Positions 1 through 12,729 of a stretch of 64,000 bases of DNA are shown piece by piece (position 1 is the first letter of the stretch; the number at the start of each line of letters is the position of its first letter). The position numbers were made by a program, and so were the translations under genes. The notes beneath the pieces were generated by a model, which did no database searches, had not been told where the DNA came from, and saw only the letters and a list, made by a program, of their open reading frames with translations. Location: the NCBI RefSeq assembly GCF_000181795.1, contig NW_003526941.1, positions 6,053,008 through 6,117,007 on the forward strand, read 5' to 3'. The stretch comes from Trichinella spiralis. Taxonomy: Eukaryota.

Positions 1-2445
1 CGTGCACTGTTTTTCTCAACGACTCAGCAGTAGCGACAAGGATAACAAGTAAATACTCTATTTCAGAATGTATTTCAAATTGATCTGTTTTAGGGGATTC
101 AGAAATTCAGCTTGAAACAAAATAACTAACAAATCCATAAACAATTATACACAAACATTCATTTAAATCAAAGTAAAACAACAGAAAAAATGAAAAGGTA
201 TTTAGATTAACGAAGATCAAGAAGTTTCCAATAAGCATTCATGAATCAAAAGGGTCACTGTTCCACATTCTACATACAATAAATACTTTATTAAATTTCA
301 ATGAAATCGTAATAACGTTTAGCACTTAGTAAAGTTTAGCATAATGTTTACATACCATTACGCTATAACTGGGCAAATATGAATTTACGTCACCAAAGGC
401 AAGTTCATATTATTCTAATTCCTCAAGCTTGACACACTTTTCAAAGGATCATATTCATAGTTATTCATAGTCTTCATAGTAATATGTGTGAAAATCATCG
501 GTCAAGAAACGCCATAAAGTGTCCGCTTCGATATCATCGACAGTTAAGAGGTAAGTCATTTGTACAATTGTACTAACGTTCTTCGTATGAATCCCATCCT
601 TTCATTTTGACTAATTCTTATTTAAGACGCACATTTAATTAAAGAAATTGCGTTTAAGAAATTTCAAAATTTAAGGATGCTATATGCCATAAGGAAAAAT
701 CAGGAACAAATTTCATCTCCACCATACACTTCTCTTTGCTCGTTCATTTGAAGACTTGCCATAAATTTTCACAAACCTGTTATTTTTTCATTTCATTTCA
801 TTTTGTATACGTCATTTCTTATCATTCCGTTCAAACTAATATCGCATTTTTCTGTCATCGCCAATTTGAGAAAAGTGGCGAAATCGTTTTTGTCGAAATA
901 TCTACCTTTGTTAAATCGCGAATGATCACAGTGACAAATCATAAGTGTTATGGAAAGTTTCAGCTAAAACGCAGGGTAAATTTGGAATAAATGGCCTCTA
1001 AAGTTAGGGCATTGCGCCTATATTAATACATAGGAAAGATGCACATCTATAACTTCCCCCACACGGAACTGGAATGCGTGATTTTAAGCGAACGCAACCT
1101 TTTTGACATTTGAGTAAATTTAGCATTCAAACTGTGTTACCATATGCAACATTTTACTTTTTTGGACAAATTAGAACGTTCTAGAAAGTCCCATGGCAAA
1201 CTAACACGAACTTGTTGAATAAACGGTATCTAAAATTTGCATGCACCTATCTTAATACACGGGATAGCAGCCCATTTGGAAATCTCTAGCACGGCTCCAG
1301 ATGGTTGAAGTTTGGTATAAGAAACGTTNNNNNNNNNNATCCATTCCTATTAATGGCAAAAATAGTATTTATTTTTGGATGGCACCTTTAAAAACGCATG
1401 GAGTAAAGGTGACATGCCAGGGTGGCAAGAGCAACAGGAATGCCAAAACGTTTCAATTATGTTGACGTACACTACTTAATTCGATAACAAGAAACATACA
1501 GGATCAGGTATAAGTAGAATTAGAAGACATTAATTATAGTAACAGATTATAGATACTCAATTACTTACAGATTTTTGTACATCTTTTCAATCCATTCAGG
1601 GAAACCTGAACCACCATTACAGAAAGATATTCAAGTTTATAGAATAGTTCCACTGCACTGACACAACCCATTGCTATAACAAAGTGCATAAAATTCATTC
1701 TTACTGTGACGATGAAGAAAACCAGAAAGCGGAACTGTTGAGACACATGACTGATCACGGTAGAAACATGAACAGAGCAATAGTCAAACTAAAAAGTACA
1801 TACTAAATAACACAGCAAAATAAAACATTGCATTACAAAATGAATGAAATTCAAATATCATCGTGATGCACTGTTATTCGGCTTCAATCACTTTTTATAA
1901 TATGGCTGTTTCTCATAAGTATCATTTCAACCGCTATCCTGAGTTCATATAAAACGCACGCAACCTAATATATAGAACAGAAATAAATAAAGTTGCATTA
2001 TGTCCTTGATGATATACCAATGAAGACAATTCAAAAAAATAAAGAAAGTTGAAATTATTTAATAAGTAGTGTCATGTAAACAGAATATTTTTTACCCACA
2101 CTCTTTCCAGATATTGCGTTGTATTATCTTGTACATCTAAAAAGCAATATTTCTAACGTAAAATTCAAATATCAAATTTACAAAAATCAAAGGCAACCAA
2201 TCTACAATATTACTTACATTGCGTTCACGTACGAATACAACAATAAGAGACGTGCTGCTGATGGCGTTGCAAACTTACAATCTAAATATCTCGCAAATAA
2301 TCATTTTGCGCCGCTGCTTGTTGGCCATCATTTTTATTGAAATTTCACGGGAATAAACAAGATTGCAATCACAGCAGATGAAATATTATGCTGCTACTGC
2401 CATCATGTCTCATGATAGGAATTTTTTATTCCTTGANNNNNNNNA

Positions 2446-2820
2446 CGCCTGGGGCTAAATTTCAAAAAATTTTGAAATTTTCAAAAAATTCCCTGAGGCA
2501 TAGCCCCAGGCGTAGCCCCAGGGCAAATAAAAATTTGCATATTACCCTGAGGCGATGAAAAATTTGCATAAAAGCTCCCTGAGGGCAATTATTGTGCTAT
2601 AAATTGCCTGGGGGATAGCCTAAGGGCATATGCAAATTTTTATTTGCCCTGGGGCATAGCCTGAGGGCAAAGCCTGGGGCTATATTTTAAAAAATTCGAA
2701 ATTTTCAGAATTTTGCCTGAGGCATAGCCTAGGGCGTAGCCTTAGGGCAAATAAAAATTTGCATATTACCCATAGGCTATTAAAAATTTGCATATTTTAT
2801 TAAATAAATCGCCTCAGGCT
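2446..2820. repeat. Composite direct/inverted minisatellite built on CC(T/C)NAGG/CCTGGGG and GGGCAAATAAAAATTTGCATA units
   Basis: A unit of about 122 bp at 2446-2570 recurs at 2672-2793, and an inverted copy of its core (tatgcaaatttttatttgccctgggg) lies between them at about 2629-2654. Confidence 0.85.
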
Positions 2821-2880
2821 TGTTAAAATGTGTAATTGCAATCTTCACATGTATACTTCACCCTGAACACNNNNNNNNNN

Positions 2881-3691
2881 GTTCAGCAATATCTGCAAAA
2901 TATATCGTCGTGCTAGTACAGCTCAATTACGTAAGACACTATTTATACTTCATAAATTACGCCATAATATTATTGTGATAGACAGGAGACTATCATCTGT
3001 AACGTATTGCGGATATTGTTGTCGTCAGTAATTATTATAATTCTTGGTGTTGCCTCATTACATTGTTATACGCTTTCAAAGCATACATGCATTTATAGGT
3101 CAGAAGAGTAACTTTATGCAAATCTGATGGTAAGCACTGCCGTTGGCATTCTGTTACGTACACTTTGTGCTATTCAAATGCGGTAGCAATGCTCCTTATA
3201 TAAATTTCTGTTTATTGAGAGAACTGCATTATAGTATAAATGTTCGCTGCTGAACGGCGGTCTAATTACTTACTGCGTTGCGTTATTTGGTCATTTTCAT
3301 GGTTCAGTTCAACAAATACGTTGTGATTGTTAGACTAAAAATATGAAGAAACCACAAACATCAGTTACAAAATGTATGACTCTACGTTTGCTTTATACGT
3401 CATCCCTCACAGGTCTGTTGACAGGTATGAAATTTTATATATTTGCTATTTTTCATATAATGTTTTCTTTCTTTCTCTTGGCACACTGCACTAAACATGC
3501 GCGCTTTTTAAGCTTTTCGTAGTTGTTTGATTTTAGTCTTTTTGAATGGAAACTAGCGCGTTGTTCTTCAGTAATGATGTTCAATTAATATTCGAGACTT
3601 TATTACGTCCAAGTCAATATATAATAGTAGTAATGGTATATATTGCTATAATTTTCAATCGTCTTTATAAATCCATTTGTAAAGTAGTACT
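2881..3691 (+). repeat. Copy 1 of an ~0.8 kb repeated segment
   Basis: Near-identical to 9811-10630; starts right at a gap edge. Confidence 0.9.
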
Positions 3692-5602
3692 CTGACATAG
3701 CAGTTGAACCCCTCCCGCATTATCTTTACCGTTCACTGTAATGTTTATTGCTAAGGTAACATACTTACCCAGTTGTTTAAAAGAAATACCTGTCACCGGG
3801 ATACTTCAGTCGAACAATCGCACCCCTAAATGCTTGTCACTGCTCAAATCGTGCACAAGATTGTTTCAGCATGACATAGGAAGGCTGTTAGCTGGAGAAC
3901 ACACTTTTATACTACCACCTTTGATACTTTCAGAATGTTAGAAACGTTCCTTTCATATTTGAAATGACTCCTTAAAGTTTCTGTTATGTTATTGTACCGC
4001 CAATAGCACTGACTTATACAGATGCCCCTATGTTCTGTCATTGAGAAAATAACTCAATGCCCCTCAATGTCGGCAGTATTGATAAATGAAACAGCGCCTG
4101 AATATTATACGTGGAGGTTGAGTAGAAGGGCGCATATGTCAACTTCCACCTCCTCCATCCTTCAACCTCTCCCTCATTCCTTCCTGCTATGCTGTCCCGC
4201 CCTCCTTTCCTGTCCAATGATCCCCATCATTGAGCTCCTAATAATACTAAGCTGAACAGAGATCGCATTAAACTGAAAATTCTGCCCACCCCCTATTTCG
4301 AGATGAATGAACAGCAATTTGCTGTTTTTATCTCATATAAATCTAATTTCTCATAATTGATATCGACTGGCAATATAACCAAATCCAGGCTACTCGTGAT
4401 TCTTTTGTTTTATTCTTTGCATGAAATGCAATACAGAATTGTCACCCGCATAAGTTTCTTGAATTCATTGCAAATCGATCAGTTACTGAATTTCTGCGAT
4501 TAGGGTTTTTCTCATATTGTATGAAGCGCGCTGATGGAGTGCTCAACCAAGTTTTCAGTCTTGCTATAAATTATCATAAGGCGCAAACGAACGTGGAGGT
4601 GAGCTGTCACGCGGCTTACCCCCTGAAGCAGCCGCTTACCATCATGATGCCTACGCTGCGCACTTGTTAACTTCTGTGCTGAGATGAATTGTATATTATA
4701 AAATACCTGTCGCAGTTATCATCATAAAATTTCATGAGAACTGTTTAATTTTCCATAAATCTGAAAACGTATTTTATTTTTGCAACTATTTTCAGTGGAA
4801 GCTATTTTTTTCCATATAATTTTGATTAGATGAGAAACATTGATAAAATATAAATTATTGAATCACCTTGTACTTTCATGCAACTAAATTACACAACATG
4901 CATAAATACGCAGTGATAGCATTTCCGTTTATTTTTAGTAATCTGCGATGCTTCAGGTTAATAATATTTCCTTTTAGGTAATTTTAGGGAAAAAATTTGC
5001 ATAGCAATGCCATATTACGTAGTAATATGAAGTGTGTAAATAGAAACGTAATAAATTTCATCGTGTCGTTTCATAATGTTGCTCATAATGTTCATTTTAG
5101 TGCGCTATTACTGATGGAAAATTAGGTTGTTCTTCCTGAGGTAAAGTAAATAGTCATTTGCATAATTTACTTATTATACAATTGACCAAGCACATCGATT
5201 TTATTAGGTTATGCAGTTCACTGCAATGCTATCAATCTAGCACGTAGTGAACTATAATTCCGCTCTTCAGCACCATCCATGAATAACTGGTAAGTTGGCT
5301 TTGATATTTTGGTGGTGGAATGCTATGCATGTTACTTTTCTTATATGGTGAATGGAAACTGACGGGTTTCTTTTTTATTGTTGTTATTGCTAACTTTCAG
5401 GTACATCAGATGCTGAAGAAGAAGGAATTCTTTGTTTTTTATTTTGTGGTATAATTTACTTTCAGAATTGGCATTTTTATATTCATATCAATGAATGTGA
5501 AACAAACTATCTGAAAACTTACTGAATATGGTAACTGTGCATCTTCATACGTCATCAGCTGAGTTTTTATGGTATTGCTTTTGCTCTGGGCAACGTGGTA
5601 AG

Positions 5603-6640
5603 TCATGTTCACATCATTTCGTTCTAAATTTGGCATCACAAACATCCTTAAGTATTGAATTTGCTCCTGATTGCAGTTAGATCGCACAGTACAGTGTTTG
5701 GTGCAGTGACGTTTCCCAGTTGTTCTAGTGTGGTTTCACTTATCATAAAAGTATGAAGGAATGGATTGTAATTGTGGCAATTTCGCTGAGTCAGCCGAGC
5801 AGCGTTCGTGCTGTCAGTGCGTTTCGAATGTGATATGGCAAAAATTAGTGAGTAGCTTTTGTTTATAATAGCTATGGATTACGTTAATCCATGAAGCTTG
5901 TTCCGTTGGCAACCCTTGTTCACATGGACATAAAGGCGTTTCCCAGCCGTCCCAGTGTGCCTTTGCTTATCACAAATAGTATCGTTCATCAGTAAGTATT
6001 GAATTTGATTAATTATATAGCTGGAAGATGCGAGTGTTACATGGATTGAATTTGTATATCTATCTGAATATGAAAATGAATACATGAATATCGATAATAA
6101 CAGATAACATCATTAGCTGAACTGAACTCAAGTTCCTTTCGTTCTGGACACCGTGATTAGTCATGTTCACATCGATTTGTTCTAAATGTGGCATCAGAAA
6201 CATCCGTAAGTATTTAACTTGCTCCTGATTGCAGTTGGATACGTAAAGCTTGCATATTTTATCCATGACAGCATTACATTAACATCAAGCGAATTCGATG
6301 TTTCTTCTGATGGCCCTCTGAGTTGAAGTTGACGCAGTGACGTTCATCATTGGTACAAGTGTGGTTTCACTTATCATGAGAGTAAGAAAGAAATGTTCTA
6401 GAAATGATAGTAATTCTAGCAGATTACGTTGAGACAGTCGAGTAGCGCTGGTGCTCGTATAGATTTTTTGTGAGTGCGTTTCCAATGTGATATGACAAAA
6501 ATTAGTAAGTAGGTTTTGTTTATAATAGCTGTGGATTATGTCGTCTCATGGAGCCCGTACTGATGCCAACCAGTGTTCACCTGGCGTTCCAATGGCGTTT
6601 ACTAGCCGATCCAGTGTGCCTTTACTTATCACAAATAGTA
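5603..6640 (+). repeat. Diverged tandem duplication (5603-5981 vs 6161-6640)
   Basis: Both copies start tcatgttcacatc..ttctaaat.tggcatca.aaacatcc.taagtatt and end ccagtgtgccttt.cttatcacaaatagta; copy 2 carries an insertion of about 0.1 kb. Confidence 0.85.
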
Positions 6641-7091
6641 AGAAGGAATTTGACATTATGACAGCAATGAAATATGTTGAATAAATAGAACAGGTCGCTG
6701 TACATCCCAGCATTTTGTTCTTGATAGCAATGGATTACGTCATCAGAAAATTTGTTTAGTCGCAGCCGATGGCACTATCAAATTGCGTTTCCTACGGTTC
6801 TGTTTTTCCTTGTCACGCAAGGTAAGGAAGAATTGCACTACTTTTTGTAGAAGAATTTTGTATTTAAAGTTTTAGTGCGTAACTGTGAAGACGAGAGCCG
6901 CATCTTTAATGATCTCTATCGAATAACGTAGTTTATTTATAATGCTGCTGTTATTCGTCTTCAATTATAACTGTAATATTCTTGCAATATGGTATATGAC
7001 TATATTGAACTATGAATTTTAGAATCATGGCATGTTTATATTATTCTTCATTAAGAACCGTAGAGAGCGTAAAGTACTGGTACGTAGCATC

Positions 7092-7383
7092 AAAGTAAGT
7101 GGACAAATTAATGCAGGTAAGTAGAGTCGAGGATATATTAAAGTGATTGCGTACAGGTAAATGGACTGCAGGTAAGTACTGAAGGTAAGTATATTAACGT
7201 AGGGTGCAGGTGAGTAAAATGAAAAGGTAAGTTGTGCAGTAAGGTAAGTAAGGTGCAGGTGAGTAAAATGAAAAAGTAAAGTTGTGCAGTAAGGGTAAGA
7301 CTGGGTGCAGGTGGGGTATAAATGGAAAAGGTGAAGTTTGTGCAGTAAAGTAAGGGGGGTGAGGGTGGAGGTAAAAATGAAAA
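7092..7383 (+). repeat. Purine-rich ~50-bp minisatellite rich in 5' splice-site consensus
   Basis: Unit ggtgcaggtgagtaaaatgaaaaggtaagttgtgcagtaaggtaagtaa repeats about 3.5 times from 7203 into the gap. Confidence 0.8.
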
Positions 7384-7393
7384 NNNNNNNNNN

Positions 7394-8188
7394 AAATTTG
7401 ATTACAAATATCACTTCCACTGACATTTTCGCACTTTACCAGTTCTTGTTCTAGTATAATTTTATTGAATGGTTGACTTTGCCATTAGTCTCGATTTTTT
7501 CATCCTTAGCTTGCAAAAAGTTTCACACAATTTTGTGATTGGCTGTTCGTTGATAGGTTGTAATAGTTTCGTTATTAATTGGCTGATGAATTGTGCAATG
7601 TTATTAGTTACTCAATTTTCATCATCAATTGGGCGAATGTGTAGTTATATTTGATTAGCTCCTTAATTCTGTTCATTGATTGGGTGATTATTTTTCATCA
7701 AAGCTTTCCCCCAATATATATTGCATTACAGCTTAATTATCTTATAGCTTGGTAGCAGTGGTTTGGTGCAATATTTCAGATCTTTATTTAATCTGATTTT
7801 CCTTTATTTACATTTATAAGGTCAACAGTTGTGTCAATCAACACTCAAAAGGAAATTCATTTATAATGCATAATATTATATGAAGGTTGAATGCAAACGT
7901 AATAACTTTTATAATTAGTAAAATTCTCCATTGTATTGATGTCATTCCGCCATCATCACTATACGTGCGGGGATTTCAACTGGGCTAAACGAACTATGCT
8001 AATTTCTTGGTCTTGATCTTGATCTAATTTAAAGAATGTCGTCATCGTGGGTAATTTAGTTAATCCATGCTTAGAAACAGCAGTCAGGAAAGCGCGTTGA
8101 GCTCCTTTTTCCTCCATACCCATATTTCAGTTAGATAGGTCAGTGATAATTTCATTTCCTGAGCCTCTGTTGCTATTTCATATTACGA
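7394..8188 (+). repeat. Direct duplicate of 8742-9523
   Basis: Near-identical sequence, including the identical 61-aa ORFs at 7469 and 8817; flanked by N gaps on both sides. Confidence 0.9.
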
Positions 8189-8419
8189 NNNNNNNNNNAC
8201 TTTTTTTGCAATATCTCGTCAAATACGTGTCTGTACGTCGTGAGATCAGGTTTGTAATGATTCAGTTAATTTTTCTGATCAATTGAAATCACTTTTGCAA
8301 CAACTTAAAATTTTCGACTTTTCAAAAAAGCAAGGCTATATAGCCTTTTCTGTTTTTGCGATTTTCGAAAAGTAGGCTTTTTTTCAAAAAATTTGGTTTT
8401 TTTTGTTATATATTGCTAA

Positions 8420-8592
8420 AGTTTGGATAAATTAGAAAGTTCTGGAAAGTTCCATGGTAAACTAACCCTAACATGTTGAATAAACGGCATCGAAAATTTG
8501 CATGCTCCTATATTAATACACAGCAAAACAGCCCATCTGGAACTCCCTTGAAACGGCTCGAGGATAGTTGAATTTTGATATAGGAAACGTTC
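8420..8592 (+). repeat. Diverged dispersed repeat also present at about 1160-1328
   Basis: Shared blocks such as tttgga.aaattagaa.gttct.gaaagt.ccatgg.aaactaac, gttgaataaacgg and aaaatttgcatgc.cctat.ttaatacac. Confidence 0.75.
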
Positions 8593-9810
8593 TTTGCATT
8601 ATCGTGAGATATTCGTTGAAATGGCGAAGTCTTGTGCAATATTTCTTTGTTTTGGGCAAGTCGATTTTTCTTCATTTTCCGTCCAATTGGAATAAATTTA
8701 TAAACATTGTGTCAGGACGGATTGAAATGTAAATAAAATCTAAATTTGATTACAAATATCAATTCCACTGACATTTTCGCACTTTACCAGTTCTTGTTCT
8801 AGTATAATTTTATTGAATGGTTGACTTTGCCATTAGTCTCGATTTTTTCATCCTTAGCTTGCAAAAAGTTTCACACAATTTTGTGATTGGCTGTTCGTTG
8901 ATAGGTTGTAATAGTTTCGTTATTAATTGGCTGATGAATTGTGCAATGTTATTAGTTACTCAATTTTCATCATCAATTGGGCGAATGTGTAGTTATATTT
9001 GATTAGCTCCTTAATTCTGTTCATTGATTGGGTGATTATTTTTCATCAAAGCTTTCCCCCAATATATATTGCATTACAGCTTAATTATCTTATAGCTTGG
9101 TAGCAGTGGTTTGGTGCAATATTTCAGATCTTTATTTAATCTGATTTTCCTTTATTTACATTTATAAGGTCAACAGTTGTGTCAATCAACACTCAAAAGG
9201 AAATTCATTTATAATGCATAATATTATATGAAGGTTGAATGCAAACGTAATAACTTTTATAATTAGTAAAATTCTCCATTGTATTGATGTCATTCCGCCA
9301 TCATCACTATACGTGCGGTGATTTCAACTGGGCTAAACGAACTATGCTAATTTCTTGGTCTTGATCTTGATCTAATTTAAAGAATGTCGTCATCGTGGTT
9401 ATTTAGTTAATCCATGCTTAGAACAGCAGTCAGGAAGCGCGTTGAGCTCTTTTCCTCAATACCATATTCAGTTAGATAGTCAGTGATATTTCATTCCTGA
9501 GCCTCTGTTCTATTCATATACGATTCACATCAGACAGCATGTTAATCAACAATGGAGGTTGAACAATATGATGCAATTTGGATGTACTAAAGAATCCATG
9601 AGAAATTTGCTGAATAATTAGTGAACCGTGGCAGCGCGCTTTTTTTTTCGCATTTTACCTTTTTTTCTACGTAATGCAATATGAGTAGTAAGAGTAAGTT
9701 TTCACTTGGTCGGTTGGTGGTTCATCCAAGAATGCAAGTGGACGAACTCTACTTCACGATACTTCTAACAGCGTATAGTGTAGTTTGGAATACAGAAAGA
9801 AGTAGTGCTT

Positions 9811-10630
9811 GTTCAGCAATTAATCTGCAAAATATTATCATCGTGCTAGTACAGCCTCATTTACGTAAGACACTATTTTATACTTCTTTAATTTACGCCA
9901 TAATATTATTTGTGATAGACAGAGACTTTCATCTGTAACGTATTGCGGATTTTGTTGTTGTTCAGTAATTATTATAATTCTTGGTGTTGCCTCATTACAT
10001 TGTTATACGCTTTCAAAGCATACATGCATTTATAGGTCAGAAGAGTAACTTTATGCAAATCTGATGGTAAGCACTGCCGTTGGCATTCTGTTACGTACAC
10101 TTTGTGCTATTCAAATGCGGTAGCAATGCTCCTTATATAAATTTCTGTTTATTGAGAGAACTGCATTATAGTATAAATGTTCGCTGCTGAACGGCGGTCT
10201 AATTACTTACTGCGTTGCGTTATTTGGTCATTTTCATGGTTCAGTTCAACAAATACGTTGTGATTGTTAGACTAAAAATATGAAGAAACCACAAACATCA
10301 GTTACAAAATGTATGACTCTACGTTTGCTTTATACGTCATCCCTCACAGGTCTGTTGACAGGTATGAAATTTTATATATTTGCTATTTTTCATATAATGT
10401 TTTCTTTCTTTCTCTTGGCACACTGCACTAAACATGCGCGCTTTTTAAGCTTTTCGTAGTTGTTTGATTTTAGTCTTTTTGAATGGAAACTAGCGCGTTG
10501 TTCTTCAGTAATGATGTTCAATTAATATTCCAGACTTTATTACGTCCAAGTCAATATATAATAGTAGTAATGGTATATATTGCTATAATTTTCAATCGTC
10601 TTTTTAAATCCATTTGTAAAAGTAGTACTC
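9811..10630 (+). repeat. Copy 2 of the ~0.8 kb repeated segment
   Basis: Matches 2881-3691 directly and 11498-12117 in reverse complement. Confidence 0.9.
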
Positions 10631-11497
10631 NNNNNNNNNNNNNNNNNNNNNNNNNNNNNNNNNNNNNNNNNNNNNNNNNNNNNNNNNNNNNNNNNNNNNN
10701 NNNNNNNNNNNNNNNNNNNNNNNNNNNNNNNNNNNNNNNNNNNNNNNNNNNNNNNNNNNNNNNNNNNNNNNNNNNNNNNNNNNNNNNNNNNNNNNNNNNN
10801 NNNNNNNNNNNNNNNNNNNNNNNNNNNNNNNNNNNNNNNNNNNNNNNNNNNNNNNNNNNNNNNNNNNNNNNNNNNNNNNNNNNNNNNNNNNNNNNNNNNN
10901 NNNNNNNNNNNNNNNNNNNNNNNNNNNNNNNNNNNNNNNNNNNNNNNNNNNNNNNNNNNNNNNNNNNNNNNNNNNNNNNNNNNNNNNNNNNNNNNNNNNN
11001 NNNNNNNNNNNNNNNNNNNNNNNNNNNNNNNNNNNNNNNNNNNNNNNNNNNNNNNNNNNNNNNNNNNNNNNNNNNNNNNNNNNNNNNNNNNNNNNNNNNN
11101 NNNNNNNNNNNNNNNNNNNNNNNNNNNNNNNNNNNNNNNNNNNNNNNNNNNNNNNNNNNNNNNNNNNNNNNNNNNNNNNNNNNNNNNNNNNNNNNNNNNN
11201 NNNNNNNNNNNNNNNNNNNNNNNNNNNNNNNNNNNNNNNNNNNNNNNNNNNNNNNNNNNNNNNNNNNNNNNNNNNNNNNNNNNNNNNNNNNNNNNNNNNN
11301 NNNNNNNNNNNNNNNNNNNNNNNNNNNNNNNNNNNNNNNNNNNNNNNNNNNNNNNNNNNNNNNNNNNNNNNNNNNNNNNNNNNNNNNNNNNNNNNNNNNN
11401 NNNNNNNNNNNNNNNNNNNNNNNNNNNNNNNNNNNNNNNNNNNNNNNNNNNNNNNNNNNNNNNNNNNNNNNNNNNNNNNNNNNNNNNNNNNNNNNNN
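10631..11497. other. Assembly gap (N run)
   Basis: Continuous n characters; further 10-N gaps at 1329, 2436, 2871, 7384 and 8189. Confidence 1.
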
Positions 11498-12117
11498 TTA
11501 AAAAGCGGGGTGTTAGGAGGGGGTGTGGCGGGGAAAAGAAAGAAAACATTGTATGAAAAAATAGCAAATATATGAAAATTCATACCTGTCAGACCGGACA
11601 GGGATGACTTATAAAGCAAAACGTCGAGTCTTTCATTTTGTAACTGATGTTTGTGGTTTTCTCTTGGAGTGATGTCTAACAATCACAACGTATTTGTTGA
11701 ACTGAACCATGAAAATGACCAAACAACGCAGTGCAGTAAGTAATTAGACCGCCGTTCAGCAGCGAACATTTATACTATAATGCCGTTCCCTCAATAAACA
11801 GAAATTTATATAAGGAACATTGGTACCGCATTTGCATAGCACAAAGTGTACGTAGCAGAATGCCAACGGCTGTGTTTACCATCACATTTGCATAAAGTTA
11901 CTCTTCTGACCTAGAAATGCATGTTTGCTTTGAAAACGCATAATAACAACGTAATGAGCCAACACCAAAGATTATAATAATTGCTGAACAACAACAAAAT
12001 CCTGAATGCGTTGCAGATCAAAGCCACTATCTATCACAAATAATATTATGGCGTAAATTAAAGAAGTATAAAATAGTGTCTTACGTAAATGGGGCTGCAC
12101 TGTCACGATAATAATAT
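11498..12117 (-). repeat. Inverted, diverged copy 3 of the repeated segment
   Basis: Reverse complement aligns with 9832-10448, with scattered substitutions. Confidence 0.88.
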
Positions 12118-12200
12118 GTCGCAATATTCAGCAAAACTCTCCGCACATCTGATGCATGTGAAACAACTAAGTCTCACCTGCCTCTTCAGCGCGTCTCACC

Positions 12201-12242
12201 CTTTTTATTAATTTTCAAAATTTTTTGAAAATTAATAAAAAG
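12201..12242. repeat. Perfect palindrome, 20-bp arms with 2-nt spacer
   Basis: ctttttattaattttcaaaa-tt-ttttgaaaattaataaaaag. Confidence 0.95.
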
Positions 12243-12729
12243 TTAAAATATAGATGTATTTGTTTTGAAATTCTACAAACAACAAAAACAACGTTAATAT
12301 TAACATTATTTTGTTGGGCGACTTGTTCAAAGTCGATATAAAAGCATATTTGTTTTTGATTTTGCGTCTACATAGCAGTAGAACTCAAGAATACAGTATA
12401 CAGAAGCCAAGTGACGAATTTGATTTTTCAAAAAATTATACTCAGACAGCGCTCTAATATAGCACTACAAATATTGATTTTTTAATTTCAAAATACATTT
12501 TATACATTTAAATGTACATTAAAATTTTCATCAAAATATAATACAGATGCATAAACTGAACAACTGAACTCTGAGATATCCATATATATATATATATAAC
12601 AGCAGATCATCTCTTACTTTGTAAATAAATACTTGTAATTTTATTTATAATCCACAACTAAGTGATTAAAAATCATTTTCATTTTTTCATTGGAAACATC
12701 AATGAAATTATTTAAAAAAAATGCATATC

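Noticed and set aside
2446..2820. CRISPR-like array
   Set aside because: Eukaryotic context, no unique spacers, repeats in both orientations, no cas genes.
7394..9523. Near-identical 0.8 kb direct duplication as a recent biological event
   Set aside because: Copy 1 is a gap-bounded contig and the differences are mostly shortened homopolymers near one end (9420-9520), typical of low-quality read ends; probably redundant assembly.
10483..11682. Three long ORFs (338-380 aa) in the ORF track
   Set aside because: They are open only because they cross the N gap.
1..12117. Transposase, reverse transcriptase or Rep/Helicase in the repeat zone
   Set aside because: No ORF or translated fragment with recognisable catalytic motifs.
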